DNA from: Eledone cirrhosa
Taxonomy: Eukaryota
DNA length: 64,000 nucleotides
Reading direction: 5' to 3'
Assembly (NCBI GenBank): GCA_964016885.1
Contig: OZ024750.1
Coordinates: 3,906,001 to 3,970,000, forward strand
Shown: piece after piece, positions 27,339-41,045 of the stretch
How positions within the stretch are numbered: the stretch's first letter is position 1
Layout: each line of letters opens with the position of its first letter
The notes under the pieces: model-generated
Seen by the model: only the letters and a program-made list of their open reading frames with translations
Database searches by the model: none
Told to the model about the DNA's origin: nothing
Position numbers and translations under genes: made by a program

Positions 27339-27552
27339 GGAGTCAATTTAATCAGCAATAAACTTAACTGTGGAGTTTAATGATGGTTAATACAGTAACA
27401 ATAACGAGACAGTGGTACTCCTCCAATGGTCCGCGATTTATGTAGAGACTCGGAGTCAATTTAATCATCAATAAATTTAACTGTGAGGTTTAGTGATGGT
27501 AACACTAAACTACAATAACACTAATGGGACACCGGGTCTCTCTCGATAGTCC
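27339..27552. repeat. Diverged about 112-bp tandem duplication
   Basis: ggagtcaatttaatca.caataaa.ttaactgtg twice. Confidence 0.7.
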
Positions 27553-28399
27553 TGTCATCTTGTAACGATTCAACAGAGGAACACGTTGAGTGGTTAACAA
27601 CAGGGAGACTTGTAATCAGTGACACCAACCACAGAAACACATTAATTTTACGGTAGTTACACTGTCTGTAGAAAGAATTATTTTAAATCACTTTTGCAAT
27701 ATTTACTTAGAAGCTTGACCTCAGTCCTTCATAGATACATGTCTTGCTTATAAAAAGGACTAGATAACTACCGTTTAGATAAACTAGGCAATCAACAAGA
27801 GCACAGTTAAACTCCATGTGCGGCATGTTGGCTCTAGTTGTTGGCAACAAACGGTCATAACCAGTAGGAGGTAGATATGAAATGTGCATATCTTAGGGCT
27901 GGTCTAGGGTGCTGATTGACTTTGGCGCCGGTCCTAATTGCATATACAACATAATGGTAGTTACAAGATATGAAACACAGCATGAAACACTGCCCTCTTC
28001 ACTTGTTGTTCAGTACTTTATCACCTAAACTATTTGTTTTGCTCTTTACGCTAATGTGGGGATCAATATTCTTCCTTTGTAAACCCACACGAGCATTTTC
28101 TTTTTCTCTATCTCTAAGACTTTATGATACATAGGCTGACGTAAGAAGCCACTATGTTAGTATTCTGAAGTTTTTACTATTGACTACTTCTTGATAACTA
28201 TAAACTATAAGCACACTTGTCTGGTAGCTAGTATCATACAACTTTCACCTGATCAGATGAACGGGGCAGTTGTTTTAAAAATAGTCATAATATAGTTAGA
28301 TAACGCATTCGCTCGATATGTCATATCGATTCTACCCATCATAGGCTGCAGTGAGCTCTCTTTCTTTCTTTCTCACAGACACGCCCCTCTATCTATCTA

Positions 28400-28670
<271 letters not shown>

Positions 28671-29036
28671 AGGAAGGTGAGAGTGGAGAGAGAGGCGCTA
28701 CACCCCAGTAAATTCGCTGAAAGGTGGGTGAATGTGGCGAAAATGGCCCGAGTGAATGGGCCTTCTCTGTATATAAACCTGTAGGTTGAGGAAGATAAAC
28801 AGAGAGAAGACGGGAACACCTACAAAACGTGTTCCTGGTGTTGAGGGTTGTTCTATCCACGGGGTGTAAAAGAACCCCACAGTAGCGTTCCCCGCTAATA
28901 AGGATTTCAATTGTTTTATTTTATTTTATATATAGTTTATTGTTATGTATCATTGTTAAAGATTTTATGTAAAGCCCCCGCCATCGCGTCTTGTAATGTC
29001 TCATTTTTGTGCGCCCCTGTGGCAAATAAAGATATC
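28671..29036 (+). mobile_element. L1/Tx1-like LINE 3' end
   Basis: [24 protein letters not shown]... resembles Tx1 ORF2 C-termini; AATAAA then CTAT repeats. Confidence 0.6.
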
Positions 29037-29042
29037 TATCTA

Positions 29043-29084
<42 letters not shown>

Positions 29085-29351
29085 GTCTTTAGTGAATTGT
29101 GAATTATTTCACGGAAAGAGCCAATATTTTCTGAGAATAGATAGCGTTACCAGGTAAAACAGAGATATCCTGCAGCTGTCATAATCGCTTGGTCACCGAC
29201 CCCCGACCCTCTGGTCGCTAGTAATCATCAGCTGGTATATCTAACAGCGGATCATATTCAACTATATAACATTTTCTTGAAGATCAAGTTGAGGCGCGAG
29301 TGTATTAGAATTCAGATGCAAAAGATATCGCTTACTGTAACTATATATATA

Positions 29352-29522
29352 TAGTTACAGTTCGTTTACAAACCAAACAATTTAAGGTTTAAGAATTTAA
29401 GTTAATAAATGCCTTAAACCTTAAATTCTTTGGTTTGTAAACAAACTGTAACTAAATAAAAGCTCTGCATGATCTCATCATTGCATTGAGCGAAAAAACA
29501 CATAGCAAATGAGTTTACTCTC
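29352..29522 (+). mobile_element. Fold-back remnant with degenerate hammerhead
   Basis: About 48-bp arms 29352-29399 and 29406-29454; gct-CTGcATGA-tctca...tgagc-GAAA...agc. Confidence 0.55.
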
Positions 29523-29535
29523 ATATATATATATA

Positions 29536-29646
29536 AAGGACTAGCGTCCGAAACGCTAATACCCTCTTTCTGCTATTTCAAGCGTTAAACTAATATATTC
29601 CTTCCATATACTGTACCGATTTTGTTGTTATTTCTGTTCACCTTTT

Positions 29647-29650
<4 letters not shown>
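29536..29650 (+). mobile_element. Family E copy truncated at the hammerhead core
   Basis: Begins aaggactagcgtccgaaacg directly after (TA)n; CTGATG missing. Confidence 0.7.
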
Positions 29651-29710
<60 letters not shown>

Positions 29711-29728
29711 TATATATATATAATGTGC

Positions 29729-29767
<39 letters not shown>

Positions 29768-29868
29768 AATATATATATATATATATATACATGAATACAT
29801 ACATATATGTGTGTGTGGTGTGTGCGTTTGTGCGTGTAGGTGGGTATGTGAGAGTGTGTGTAGGGGGG

Positions 29869-29899
<31 letters not shown>

Positions 29900-30562
29900 A
29901 TCGATGATACTTACGCATGCATACAAAACACTTACAAAGAATAAAGCATGGAAAGATTATAATCGTTTCCTTTACTTAGTATTTCCGAAATTCTGAAATT
30001 CCAGACAGCTTCCATTTATTTTATATAGCTTGCTGACCTAATTTCCAAAAGTCCTAGGAGTTTTCCAGCCAAAGGTTTTGATGGGCGGAAGAGTTTGGGA
30101 AAGAAAAAAATATCCCCAAAACATCAAATTATGACTTTAAAAAGGGACAAAAATAAGAAAAAACAATGAAGAAAATATGGCGGCCAAGCTTCATATTTCA
30201 TCTTTAGATTCCTCCATTTTTTCTGTCGGCTTTTCAGGCCGTATAAACACATCTCTTTCAATTTATGTCCTTCTGTTGCTCATACGTCTCTGTATCCATT
30301 CCAGGCGTTCATTTTATTTTATTTTATTTTTGTCTCCTTTTAAAGTAGTATGTTTATATTTTTAGGTCTTTGTGTATATTTCTCTTCCTCTTCCTCTTCC
30401 TGGTCTTCCTTCCTCCTCCTTCTCTTTCTCCTTCTCTTCCTATTTCTCTTTCTTTTCTCCTCCTTCTCGTTCTCTTCATTATGGAACATTGTTATAGTGT
30501 GTCAATTCATCATATATATGTGTGTATGTGTATATGTGCATGCGTGTGTATGTGTGTGTGTG

Positions 30563-30609
<47 letters not shown>

Positions 30610-30722
30610 GTATGTGTGTATATATATATATATGTATATATATACATATATGTATGTAAATATATATATATGTATGTATATATATATATATATACATATA
30701 TAAATATATATAAATATATATG

Positions 30723-30787
30723 TATTTTATCTGATGAAGGCATACCATATTTTAATTTGGTATCCCTGAAATATGTATAGTGAAATA
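30723..30787 (+). ncRNA. Type I hammerhead motif (family A; element 30721-30920)
   Basis: tattttat-CTGATGA-aggcatacca...tggtatccct-GAA-ATATGTAT-A-gtgaaata. Confidence 0.8.
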
Positions 30788-30915
30788 AATATGGTTTTAT
30801 AAATATAGTTTCCATTTATTTAATATCGTATATCTACTCCAAAAACTTGTCGAGTGTTTTATATCAGTTATAAAATATTTACTTGTTGTATCCCAACAAT
30901 TTTAAATAGAACTTT

Positions 30916-30949
<34 letters not shown>

Positions 30950-30952
<3 letters not shown>

Positions 30953-31450
30953 ATGAAATGACAGGAGGCTGGATTTGTGTAAATCCTTGAAAGGTTTATT
31001 ATACTATGATCATTTCAATGACCGGGTTCCGTATGAATCCGGTGATATCATCAGGTATTCGAAATATAATACGTGAATGTAATAGGTAAAATCCATGGGG
31101 CTGAAAAACGAGACCCGAGGGCGACCGCTATTCTGTTCCTTCAACCTCAGCCGGTCGCCCTGGATTTTACCTATTACATTCACGTATTATATTTCGAATA
31201 CCTGATGATATCACCGGATTCATACGGAACCCGGTCATTGAAATGATCATAGTATAATAAACCTTTCAAGGATTTACACAAATCCAGCCTCCTGTCATTT
31301 CATTATAATATTTAACTCCGTAATAGCACCACCAACTACAAAAACAAAGACGGTTGAACTGCTTTACGTTGAGTACTCTCTATATTATTGCATTACGATT
31401 GACCATACGGAATAGACCAGCTCTATACAGTGGTGAACCTCAAACCTGAA
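30950..31450 (+). mobile_element. Family F fold-back PLE-like remnant
   Basis: Perfect about 146-bp arms 30950-31095 and 31161-31306, plus tail; (TA)n on both sides. Confidence 0.85.
31198..31255 (+). ncRNA. Type I hammerhead motif (mirror copy in the left arm)
   Basis: atac-CTGATGA-tatcaccgg...ccggtcatt-GAA-ATGATCAT-A-gtat. Confidence 0.8.
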
Positions 31451-31571
31451 TATATATATATATATATATATATATTTATTTATTAAAATAACAGATTAAA
31501 ATTTCTTATCTGAAAACTTGTGTTGAAACTGATATTTATATATATATATATATATATTTTTCTCCATATTT

Positions 31572-31643
<72 letters not shown>

Positions 31644-31650
<7 letters not shown>

Positions 31651-31834
31651 CACATGAAACAATCACAGGGGATAATTTGTAATGGTGAAGTATATTTCTT
31701 TAATGAAATATATACAAGGAAGATCAATCATTTTAAAAGGTATCTATATTTGAAGTTCTAGTTAAACTTTAATTAGGTACCTGTGATTACACACTTTACA
31801 AATTATCCCCTGTGATTGTTTCATGTGTTTATTT
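31644..31834. repeat. 39-bp inverted repeat
   Basis: aaataaacacatgaaacaatcacaggggataatttgtaa and its reverse complement at 31796-31834. Confidence 0.85.
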
Positions 31835-31963
31835 TAGATATATATATATGTCAATAATTTTCTAGTTGATATAAAATGCTCGGATCTATTCATTGGAATC
31901 TTTGAGCTTATTCTACGGTGGATATGGCGTATGTCTCGGACATGACACCCTTAATTTAATTTT

Positions 31964-32000
<37 letters not shown>

Positions 32001-32022
32001 TTTATACATATACATCAACACT

Positions 32023-32053
<31 letters not shown>

Positions 32054-32177
32054 GTATATATATGTACATGTATACATGTACATATATATACATATATATA
32101 CCATCTTGTTTTTGACAAAAACAAGATGGCGTAGGACAGAAAAAGGAGAGGCACAAAAGCAAAGAAAAGAATCCCCA

Positions 32178-32220
32178 GTCACTGAAGAGGTCACAGAATG
32201 TGTGACGAAAGAACTTTGAC
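32178..32220 (+). ncRNA. Minimal type I hammerhead motif
   Basis: gtca-CTGAAGA-ggtcaca gaatg tgtgac-GAA-AGaaCT-T-tgac. Confidence 0.75.
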
Positions 32221-32454
32221 AATATATAAACAACCATCTGGTTGTGGAACCAACCAACCAACCAACCGGAAATTTATAAATTCCTAAATTTATAAATTTA
32301 TTATAATAAATTGAAGTGAAAGCAACTGGTGCGTGTGTTTCTTATTGGCAACATGACTCTCCCAAAGTATAACAATATCGGTTTCAACACACGATTTCAG
32401 ATAAAGAATCTTGCTAAACAAATTCAGAAACGAAATATATATATATATATACAC

Positions 32455-32497
<43 letters not shown>

Positions 32498-32639
32498 TGT
32501 GTGTGTACGTGTGTGTCTGCGTGTGTAGTTGTGCATATGTTTCTGTATATATATATATATATGAGTCTGAACGTGTATATGTTTTGGTTAACAATACACG
32601 TACAAGAAGGAGTCTCTTTGCAACACGTTATAATATAAA

Positions 32640-33060
32640 AGAGTCTAGAAATTAATTGATAACATTATAGTTCTATAGAATCTGATAGGAAAGAAGCGGA
32701 ATAATTAGGGAGGCTTTCCTACTATCATCACATAAATCAAGAATTAGCACACAGTTACAACAAACATAAAACCAATTAAACACAATCTGCCATGTTGTTT
32801 AAACCATGGAACAATTCATAATCGAACATTTATGATTCCCTATCATTTCCCATGATCATTTTTTGCAAACAATACTAAAGCGCGTGGGCAATACGCTACA
32901 ATTATTATCATTCTTAATCTGAATTCTGATGATGGGACCGTGAAGGTCTCGAAACGTAAATAGACTTATGGAATTAGGAACGCTATTGTTCCAAACCCGA
33001 ACATAAAGAATTAATAAAGAAATTTGAAAAGTCCTTAATTAAAAAATATATATAAAAATG
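32640..33060 (+). mobile_element. Penelope-like element 3' fragment
   Basis: Frameshifted IESDRK..IREAFLLSSHKSRISTQ resembles a GIY-YIG C-terminus; followed by hammerhead and AATAAA. Confidence 0.55.
32915..32968 (+). ncRNA. Minimal type I hammerhead motif
   Basis: att-CTGATGA-tgggacc gtgaa ggtctc-GAA-ACGT-A-aat; GUA site. Confidence 0.8.
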
Positions 33061-33212
33061 GTTTCTTTGTTATATATATAAAAAGAAAGATCAGGCTGCA
33101 TAAGTTGGGGTGTATAACCCAACGAAACTTAAATATTTGTATACATCACTGTTGTAATTAATTATCCTATAGACTGAGTGTTTTTACCCTTGGATATTTC
33201 TACCAAATTTAT

Positions 33213-33244
<32 letters not shown>

Positions 33245-33246
33245 AA

Positions 33247-33413
33247 CAAAGGTGTGGTAAGATACCAGGTGGACCATAACGCACCAGAGTACTCGATACT
33301 TAGGGTACTAGAGTGGGTAATAGGAAAAGAGTCTGGACACCGACGGCTGAGCTCCGGCCGTTTCGACAGCTAGATATCCGAACTACCTCAGCTGCCGGGG
33401 TCCTGACTCTTTT

Positions 33414-33417
<4 letters not shown>
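33247..33417 (-). mobile_element. Family B element with partial arm deletion
   Basis: Tail and arms homologous to 2138-2320. Confidence 0.75.
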
Positions 33418-33452
<35 letters not shown>

Positions 33453-33454
<2 letters not shown>

Positions 33455-34093
33455 CGATAAATTAACGGAGGCATAGGCCCTCGCTATTCCCTGTAAATAA
33501 TGTGCTCAAAGGAGAAGAGATCCTGAGGTCTTTAAAATACAATACGTTGAAAAGGTAACACACCTGAGAGAGATATACAGTGCGTTATCAATAACAAAGC
33601 GAGGCCTATGCCTCCGTTAATTTATCGTGATATTTCGCTCCTAATAACAGTCTTTCCTATCTCTGTTTGGTTGAGCACACTTCTCTGAGTGGCTTTGGGC
33701 TGTCCTTTCTAGCAGTTCGTCCCTCAGAGGCCACTGGTTCACTGCCCTTAAACACGCTGTGACTTCTCTATCCCACGTGTAGCTGGACAGTCAATTTTAA
33801 AATTCTCTTAGTGTTGTCTGAAATGTATGGCTTTACACACGCTGATGAACCGAGACTAGACCATTTCTTTCAACAAATTATTGGTGAAACATATCTTTGG
33901 ATTAGTGTCTTTGGATTTCTACGTGTGTTATATAGTTATAGAGGTATTTATTTACGCTTTAATTTATATTTTTAATCATCGTGTCTATAGTCTGCCTTTC
34001 ATAGGTTATAGATTCCATACACTGGTGGGTTTTTTCCCTGTATTATTGATAACGCACTGTATATCTCTCTCTGGTGTGTTACCTTTTCAACAT

Positions 34094-34100
<7 letters not shown>
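33453..34100 (+). mobile_element. PLE-like remnant with two interleaved inverted repeats
   Basis: IR1 33455-33485 with 33598-33628; IR2 33537-33593 with 34044-34100. Confidence 0.7.
33835..33928 (+). ncRNA. Degenerate type I hammerhead motif
   Basis: acacacg-CTGATGA-accga...ttggt-GAAACatatc...gatttcta-cgtgtgt; helix III has mismatches. Confidence 0.6.
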
Positions 34101-34150
<50 letters not shown>

Positions 34151-34155
<5 letters not shown>

Positions 34156-34316
34156 ATATTAACAAATGGAAACTATATTGTAAAACCATATTTATTTTAT
34201 TATACATATTTCAAGGGCCACCAAGGCAAATTATGGTGCGCTTTCATCAGATAAAATACAATACAGATTAGTTTTATAAATAAATATTTGTATCCAAACA
34301 AATTAAATATAACCTC

Positions 34317-34320
<4 letters not shown>
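34151..34320. mobile_element. Family A remnant: inverted arm (hammerhead 34193-34258 on minus) joined to tail end
   Basis: Left arm as in 7323-7440, then caaattaaatataacctctgca as in 7706-7727. Confidence 0.75.
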
Positions 34321-34351
<31 letters not shown>

Positions 34352-34399
34352 AAATCGAAAATGAAATCGAAAATGAAATTGAAAATGCAACTGGAGTCT

Positions 34400-34688
34400 T
34401 TTTAAGAATATTTATTTGTTTCCTTTACCGGTTTCACAGTTCATATGCTTTTCAAAAGTAGAATTGAGATGGACGGTTTGTGGTTTTTCTCGCATATACT
34501 CTGCTGCCACCCGTCTGTTTCGTTCTTTGTATCTTTACCCTTTCTAGCAGTCTCTCTCTCTCTGTTAGCCTCTTCCTCAACTTTCACTCACTCATTCCCT
34601 GTCACTACCTCTCCTCCTCCTCCTCTTTCTTCCCGTTTGACCTGTCCGAATTCTTTTCTCGCGCTCTCTTGGCCAAGCCGGTATGAAT

Positions 34689-34758
<70 letters not shown>

Positions 34759-35050
34759 GCGACTTCACAGAACTTATGTTTACCGAATTCGCAGACCCCT
34801 TCTTCCCCCCGTTAGACCTGTGCGAAATTCCTTCCTTGCTCACATTTCAACCAGGTTTGATGGTCTTTAGTCTCTCGTTCACGATTTCACCGAGTTTATA
34901 TTCATAGAAATCTGGGACTTGTCTCTTTCTTCTCACTTTCTGTTGCTTAAACCATTTTGTTTGTTCACCCTAGCGTCCCCTTTATTTACGTGTCCCAACG
35001 ACTTTTTTTAGCCGTTGTTCGCACCAACCTGGGGTATATGGCCTTTAAAG
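34400..35050 (-). mobile_element. Probable Penelope-like 3' fragment
   Basis: EIVNERLKTIKPG*N resembles the GIY-YIG end; downstream variant core TTTGAAAA...GAAACCGGTA at about 34422-34458. Confidence 0.45.
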
Positions 35051-35140
35051 TGATGAAATGCCTAGGACGGTTGGAAGGCTACTGATGAAGGACTTACTTT
35101 TTCATATGTAACCCATTTGCAACGCCGCAGCTCCATTATT

Positions 35141-35186
<46 letters not shown>

Positions 35187-36664
35187 TAACTGAGAAATAA
35201 AGAGGCGGATACATAGATACAAGTTGGGACTTTTGAAGATATTTACTGGAATCAATCAACCGATTATATTGTGTATTGGCTATTATCTTATTATCTTTCT
35301 TTACTCGGTGGTTCTGACGGAAAAAAAAGTATTTGAAGGAAAAATGAATTAAGTACTCCATTATAAGTGGCTTCTGACTATAACATCAATTATTCTAAAT
35401 AAATGGCATTATCGATAATCGATAATTTTATTACTTTTTACTTGACAAAAAATGTTGAAAATATTCAGATATAATGATATACACGCGCTTACAACTTCGA
35501 GCTCACTTGCAAACATACACACATGCAAGCACATGTTGATATATGTGTGTATGTGTGTTTATATGTTATGTGTATTTATGTTTGTATGCATATGTATATA
35601 TATATATGTATATGCATATGTATATATGAATACTTAGGTATATGTACGATATAAAAAGTACTCAATATGTGCCTGTTGTGCACATGTCATTTCGTTCTGA
35701 CACAATGAAACAAATACCACAGTGCCAAATTTTCCAACATGCCACGTGGTACTTTGAACTAACATTTATCATATTAAATTCGGTATGGCAATCTAAGGGT
35801 TGTATAAGAACACTTTCCCTCTCCTTCTCTCTTTATTTCTTGCTTGTGTTCTCTTAACACCTTCGCCAAGGGGAATTTTATCTGAAATATACGGACCAAT
35901 TATATATACCTAATGTAACATATCAACTATTTTTTTCTCGATTCGATGTTCTATCTCTATTGCTATAAGCTCGCTAATGCCAGAACAAATACCGCAATGG
36001 CATTTTATCCGACACTCTACCAATTCTGCCGATTCACCATATTCTTATATATTGATTTGTTTTGATTTGTTTCGTTTTTTTTTCTTTGTTTTTTTTTTTT
36101 GCTAAAGCCTTTCTCTATTCTACGATACCAACAACCTATCATATCCTGAAAAAAAAAGTTAATGAAATTGAAATAATATTGAAACTTAAAAGATTACTAT
36201 AAGTTAAGTACCAATTAACTTACAGTTTATACAGAATTAATTAAATCAAAATTGTAATTAATTCGAATTACACTCAATTAAAAGTAGAAATAAATCAAAC
36301 AGATTTAAATAGTCATGTTGTTACTGTTGTATTTCTCTGTAACTTTGATAAGATGACGCCCACATAAAGTGGTCTGATCACTCCATATGAACTAAAGAGA
36401 ATAACTGTCTCCACATAAATGGAAGAATCTGAATGACGCATTAGCTGGTCTCTGGAATAGATTACGCAAGACATACAACGATATTATCACATGGTCACCC
36501 ATCCATTCAATTTAGATCGTGTAACTCCTACGTAAACTTCTTCAAAGCTCTCAACTCTATGAACTCCAGAACTCGGCATCAGGCTATGTCATTTAAAAAA
36601 ACAAAAGAAAACTTGATCAATAATCAATATGATGAATCATTTTCAAAATGTTGATAGTAATAAT

Positions 36665-36858
36665 GTTTTCAGCAATTTTGGAGGAGGGGAAAGTTGATTA
36701 AATCGACCCTAGTGCATTACTGGTAATTTATTTCATCGACCCCGTAGGGATGAAAGGCAAAGCTAACCTCGGCGGGATTTGAACTCAAAACGTAAAGGCA
36801 ATTAATTCTATGTCGCAAGGCATATTGTCCGACACTCTACCGATTCTGCTAATCTATT
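36665..36858 (-). mobile_element. tRNA-derived SINE copy
   Basis: Homologous to 18924-19118. Confidence 0.8.
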
Positions 36859-37577
36859 GTGTGGGTTCAGGGGTGTATCGAGTCTAAGGTGTTGGTGTGA
36901 TAGATTAGTTGACGAAAAAGACATATAATATAATCAGACTATCCGGATCAGACAGCGGATGTATCGACCTTCTTGGAGCACTTCCAGCTGCCTGTAGTGA
37001 CATCAAACGCCCAGGTAGGTTGACCCATTATCTGTTGAGGTTGCCCAAATGTTTACAGAACAGACAAGCACCCTCCCCCACAACAAGGCCAGACCCATCA
37101 AAATTAGTTTTAAAAAAAAGTTGACTGTTACACGAGTGTATCCAGTAATTTTTAATGATGTCTTATTTTGTTCTCAATTTAATTTAAACCTCACATTCAT
37201 GTTTGTATTTCACTCTGGTTTATTACAAGTTTAACTAGATTAAACAAATATAAGAAACGTATTTTGGGCGGGTGTTAATTCCTATTAGTAAAATAAAATG
37301 ATAATAAACAAAACTAATTTTCTATACTCTGACCTACTTCGAATGAGAAAAACAAAATATCCTTTTAAAATACACACAAAGAAAAAGTGAGATAAGCGAT
37401 CAAAGAAACCTTAACAAGTTTCAAAAATAAATTTAATATTTTATATAAACTTTAAAGTAGGTTAATAAATATTCTTCCTTGGAGAATTTTACTGTCTCTT
37501 TATTTTAATCAATACTTATAGCTTATCTATCTTCCTTATTTGCTTTCATCTCTGTATTGTTTTTCATTCATGATATA

Positions 37578-37646
<69 letters not shown>

Positions 37647-37688
37647 GAGATGCATACATATATTTATCTATCTATATATCTACACACG

Positions 37689-37727
<39 letters not shown>

Positions 37728-38024
37728 TTTGACCGGCGTTTCATCGATTGTTAACCCATGCATCTAGCGCTGGAGTTCGACCTGGGGGGGGGGGCACTTT
37801 AGGCCTCTCATACGCAAAAAGAAAATTAGAATATACTGCACTCTTTGCCAAAGAAAATTAGAATATAGCTCCCTTTGCCACCTCCTTTACATCCGGCCCT
37901 GCACGGACCTTAGCTTTGGTTAGATAATGAAAGAAACAAGGAAGATATTGTAGAGAAAGTCCTGTCAGAAATTCTCGGAAGCCGAACTGTTTTAACTATG
38001 TTCAATAGTCTCTAATATATCTTT

Positions 38025-38162
38025 CTTTATTTTATCGACCTCGTAAGGATGAAAGGCAAAGTTAACCTCGGGGGATTTGAACTCAGAACGCAAAGGGACA
38101 TAACTCTATGCTGCAAAGCATAGTGTCAGACCCTCTACCGATACTGCCAAACCACCGCCCTG
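38025..38162 (-). mobile_element. tRNA-derived SINE copy (partial)
   Basis: Homologous to 18924-19118. Confidence 0.8.
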
Positions 38163-38422
38163 TAGTCTCTACTATAATTATCAGGTCAGGCAAATTGTTA
38201 ACTGCATTATGTTTATGAAAGAATAATAGACAAACAAACAACCATATTGCAGCAGTGTGGGAGGATTTTTAGCACTTGGCTGCTTGTAAAAGATACAATG
38301 CAACACACTGGAATATACTTCTACATACTTATATAGGAGCGAAGCTGAGTATCCAAAGTGTGATAAGATACATGTAGGAGTCACTGTCGAAAGAATGATT
38401 ATTTTAATAATCCCTGAATAGT

Positions 38423-38612
38423 AAATAATTGTTTCTACTTTTGGCACAAGGCCAGCAAATTACCCAGTGCATTACTGGTACTTTATTTTATCGACCCCGT
38501 AAGGATGAAAGGCAAATTTAACCTCGGCGAGATTTGAACTCACAATGGAAAGGGCCGTAACTCTATGCGTGAAAGCATGGCGTCCGACCCTCTACTGATA
38601 CTGCCAATCCAA
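38423..38612 (-). mobile_element. tRNA-derived SINE copy
   Basis: Homologous to 18924-19118. Confidence 0.85.
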
Positions 38613-38925
38613 TGGTTTTTCTTTAGCCACGAGTAAACTACGACCATGTATGTACAGGGGCGATGGAACTGGGGAGGGGGGGGCATACTCTCCCGCTCTC
38701 CAAGAATTATATTTTGATCCCCAAACTACCAAAACACACATCTATTTGTATATGTTATGTAGAGATAGATGGGAGAGATAAATATAGATATAGAGAGGGG
38801 GAGAGTTTGGTGGTAATTGATATAGAGAGGTGGATTGGAAGAGAGTTCCGTGTAGTAAATATAGAGAGAGTCCATGCATGGACATACATATATATATATG
38901 TACGTGTGCTCGTGTGTGTGTGTGT

Positions 38926-38970
<45 letters not shown>

Positions 38971-39390
38971 TGTGTGTGTTTGTGTCTGTGTGTGTCTGTG
39001 TGCCTGTGTGTGTGTGTGGAAGTGGATGTGTATTCTTCGATTATGTCTACGATATTAAATATGTTTTGTCTTGTCCAAGTTAGCAGATCGCATTCATTTG
39101 TTGCACTTGGCTTATCTTGTGTCAAAGTTAACAAGGTTTTGGGTTCACGACGAACGCTAGGGTCACAATACGAGGGCAGAAAGCACCCACAGACACAGGT
39201 GTTAGTTACACATATATACATACACACTATCTTTATCTATCTATGTATCTACTTTTCTACCTATCTCTCTACCTTTCTCTCTCTTACTACCCTCATCTCC
39301 CTCCCCAGTCTTTCTCACCCCCTCTCTCAAACAGACACAAGCATACATACACACACACAGGCCATCTTTATCTATCTATCTATCTCTCTA

Positions 39391-39445
<55 letters not shown>

Positions 39446-39469
39446 TTATCTATCTATCTATCTATCTAT

Positions 39470-39572
39470 ATTGTTTGTTTTTATATTTTTTACACGACTG
39501 TATGTAAAATCCCCGGCATGTCTTTGTATTGTCCCCTTTCTTGTTGCGCCCTTGTGGCTAATAAAGAAATCT
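39470..39572 (+). mobile_element. Tx1-like 3' UTR fragment in (CTAT)n
   Basis: Homologous to 28450-28552; flanked by CTAT repeats on both sides. Confidence 0.65.
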
Positions 39573-39612
39573 ATCTATATTTATCTATCTATATTTATCT
39601 ATCTATCTATAT

Positions 39613-39648
<36 letters not shown>

Positions 39649-39861
39649 ATTTATCTATCTATCTATATTTATCTATCTATCTATATTTATCTATCTATCT
39701 ATCTATCTATCTATATTTATCTATCTATCTATATTTATCTATCTATCTATCTATCTATCTATATTTATCTATCTATCTATCTATCTATCTATTTAAGATA
39801 TTTATTTATGTATCTCTCTATCTCTTGCTACGCCATCTCCACCTCCACCTCTCTCACGCAC

Positions 39862-39936
<75 letters not shown>

Positions 39937-40277
39937 ACCCACTCTCTCCCATGCTCTCCCTCTCTCTCTCAAACACACCCAAACATACACAAACTACCAG
40001 CCTCCTGTTTAAATGTGATGGATGTGCCGTGAAGTGATATCGGGTATCTCCGTAGATATTTGCTCTGTACCGATGGCACTTGTGTGTGTGTGTTTGTTTC
40101 TTTGTTTGTTTATGTATGTGTGAGTGTATGTGTGTATGTATATGAGTGTGTTTTTCATTGTAGCATTTGTCTATAATTCTGTGTGTGGATTTGAAAATTA
40201 ATTGTGATTATATGTATAGTGATTGGTATGTTGGTATGTAGGTAGGTTTGAGTGCACACACACACACACACACACAG

Positions 40278-40350
<73 letters not shown>

Positions 40351-40384
40351 GGTATGTATAAATATTGTCAGGTCAGGCCTCTGT

Positions 40385-40640
40385 CTGCTTCTGGTACCAT
40401 GTAGCACAGTACAACCTGTTTCATGGTTGGGTGGTCGGCAACCGAACCGGCTCCCCCACCAGACCCTGGTTCGGCGAATGGGTTAAGTGGAAACCCAGCA
40501 GCACAAAAGCAAGAGCTGTCAAAGAGTGGATGAACTCCACAGAGTCAACAGCCATCCACCCCATCTATGGGTTAAATAGCCTCACCAACTTGCAATTAGC
40601 CAAACATGATGACGGCTACATACTCTGGAAAGGTTAAATT
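40385..40640 (+). mobile_element. RTE-like 5' UTR-related repeat
   Basis: Similar to 63075-63250 (ctggta.catgta...cagtacaacctgt.tcatggt.gggt...gagtcaa..gccatcca). Confidence 0.5.
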
Positions 40641-40647
40641 CTATGAC

Positions 40648-40828
40648 AATAATTGTTTCTACTATAGACACAAGGCCTGCAAATACCCCAGTACATTACT
40701 GGTACTTTATTTTATCGACCCTGTATGGATGATAGACAAAGTTAATCTCGGCGGGATTTGAACTTAGACCGTAAATCGGCGTAACTCTATGCTTGCAAAG
40801 CATGGCATCCGACCCTTTACCGATTCTA
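40648..40828 (-). mobile_element. tRNA-derived SINE copy
   Basis: Homologous to 18924-19118. Confidence 0.85.
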
Positions 40829-40969
40829 AGACAATAATACATACGATTCTCAGCTTGTCCCTAGACACATATCTGCAGGGCTGCGGGTATGAAGTGGGTG
40901 CTATGTGTGTAGCACAAGAACATAGCATTACCATCTTCATGTTCAGATATATCTTCGTGCATTTGTATA

Positions 40970-41045
<76 letters not shown>

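Noticed and set aside
29170-29236. Hammerhead on minus (CTGATGA...GACAGCTG)
   Set aside because: GAAA and NUH not satisfied
35078-35132. Hammerhead-like CTGATGA...GCAACG
   Set aside because: Core and helix II too degraded to support; similar weak cases at about 23320-23378 and 25365-25395 were also not called
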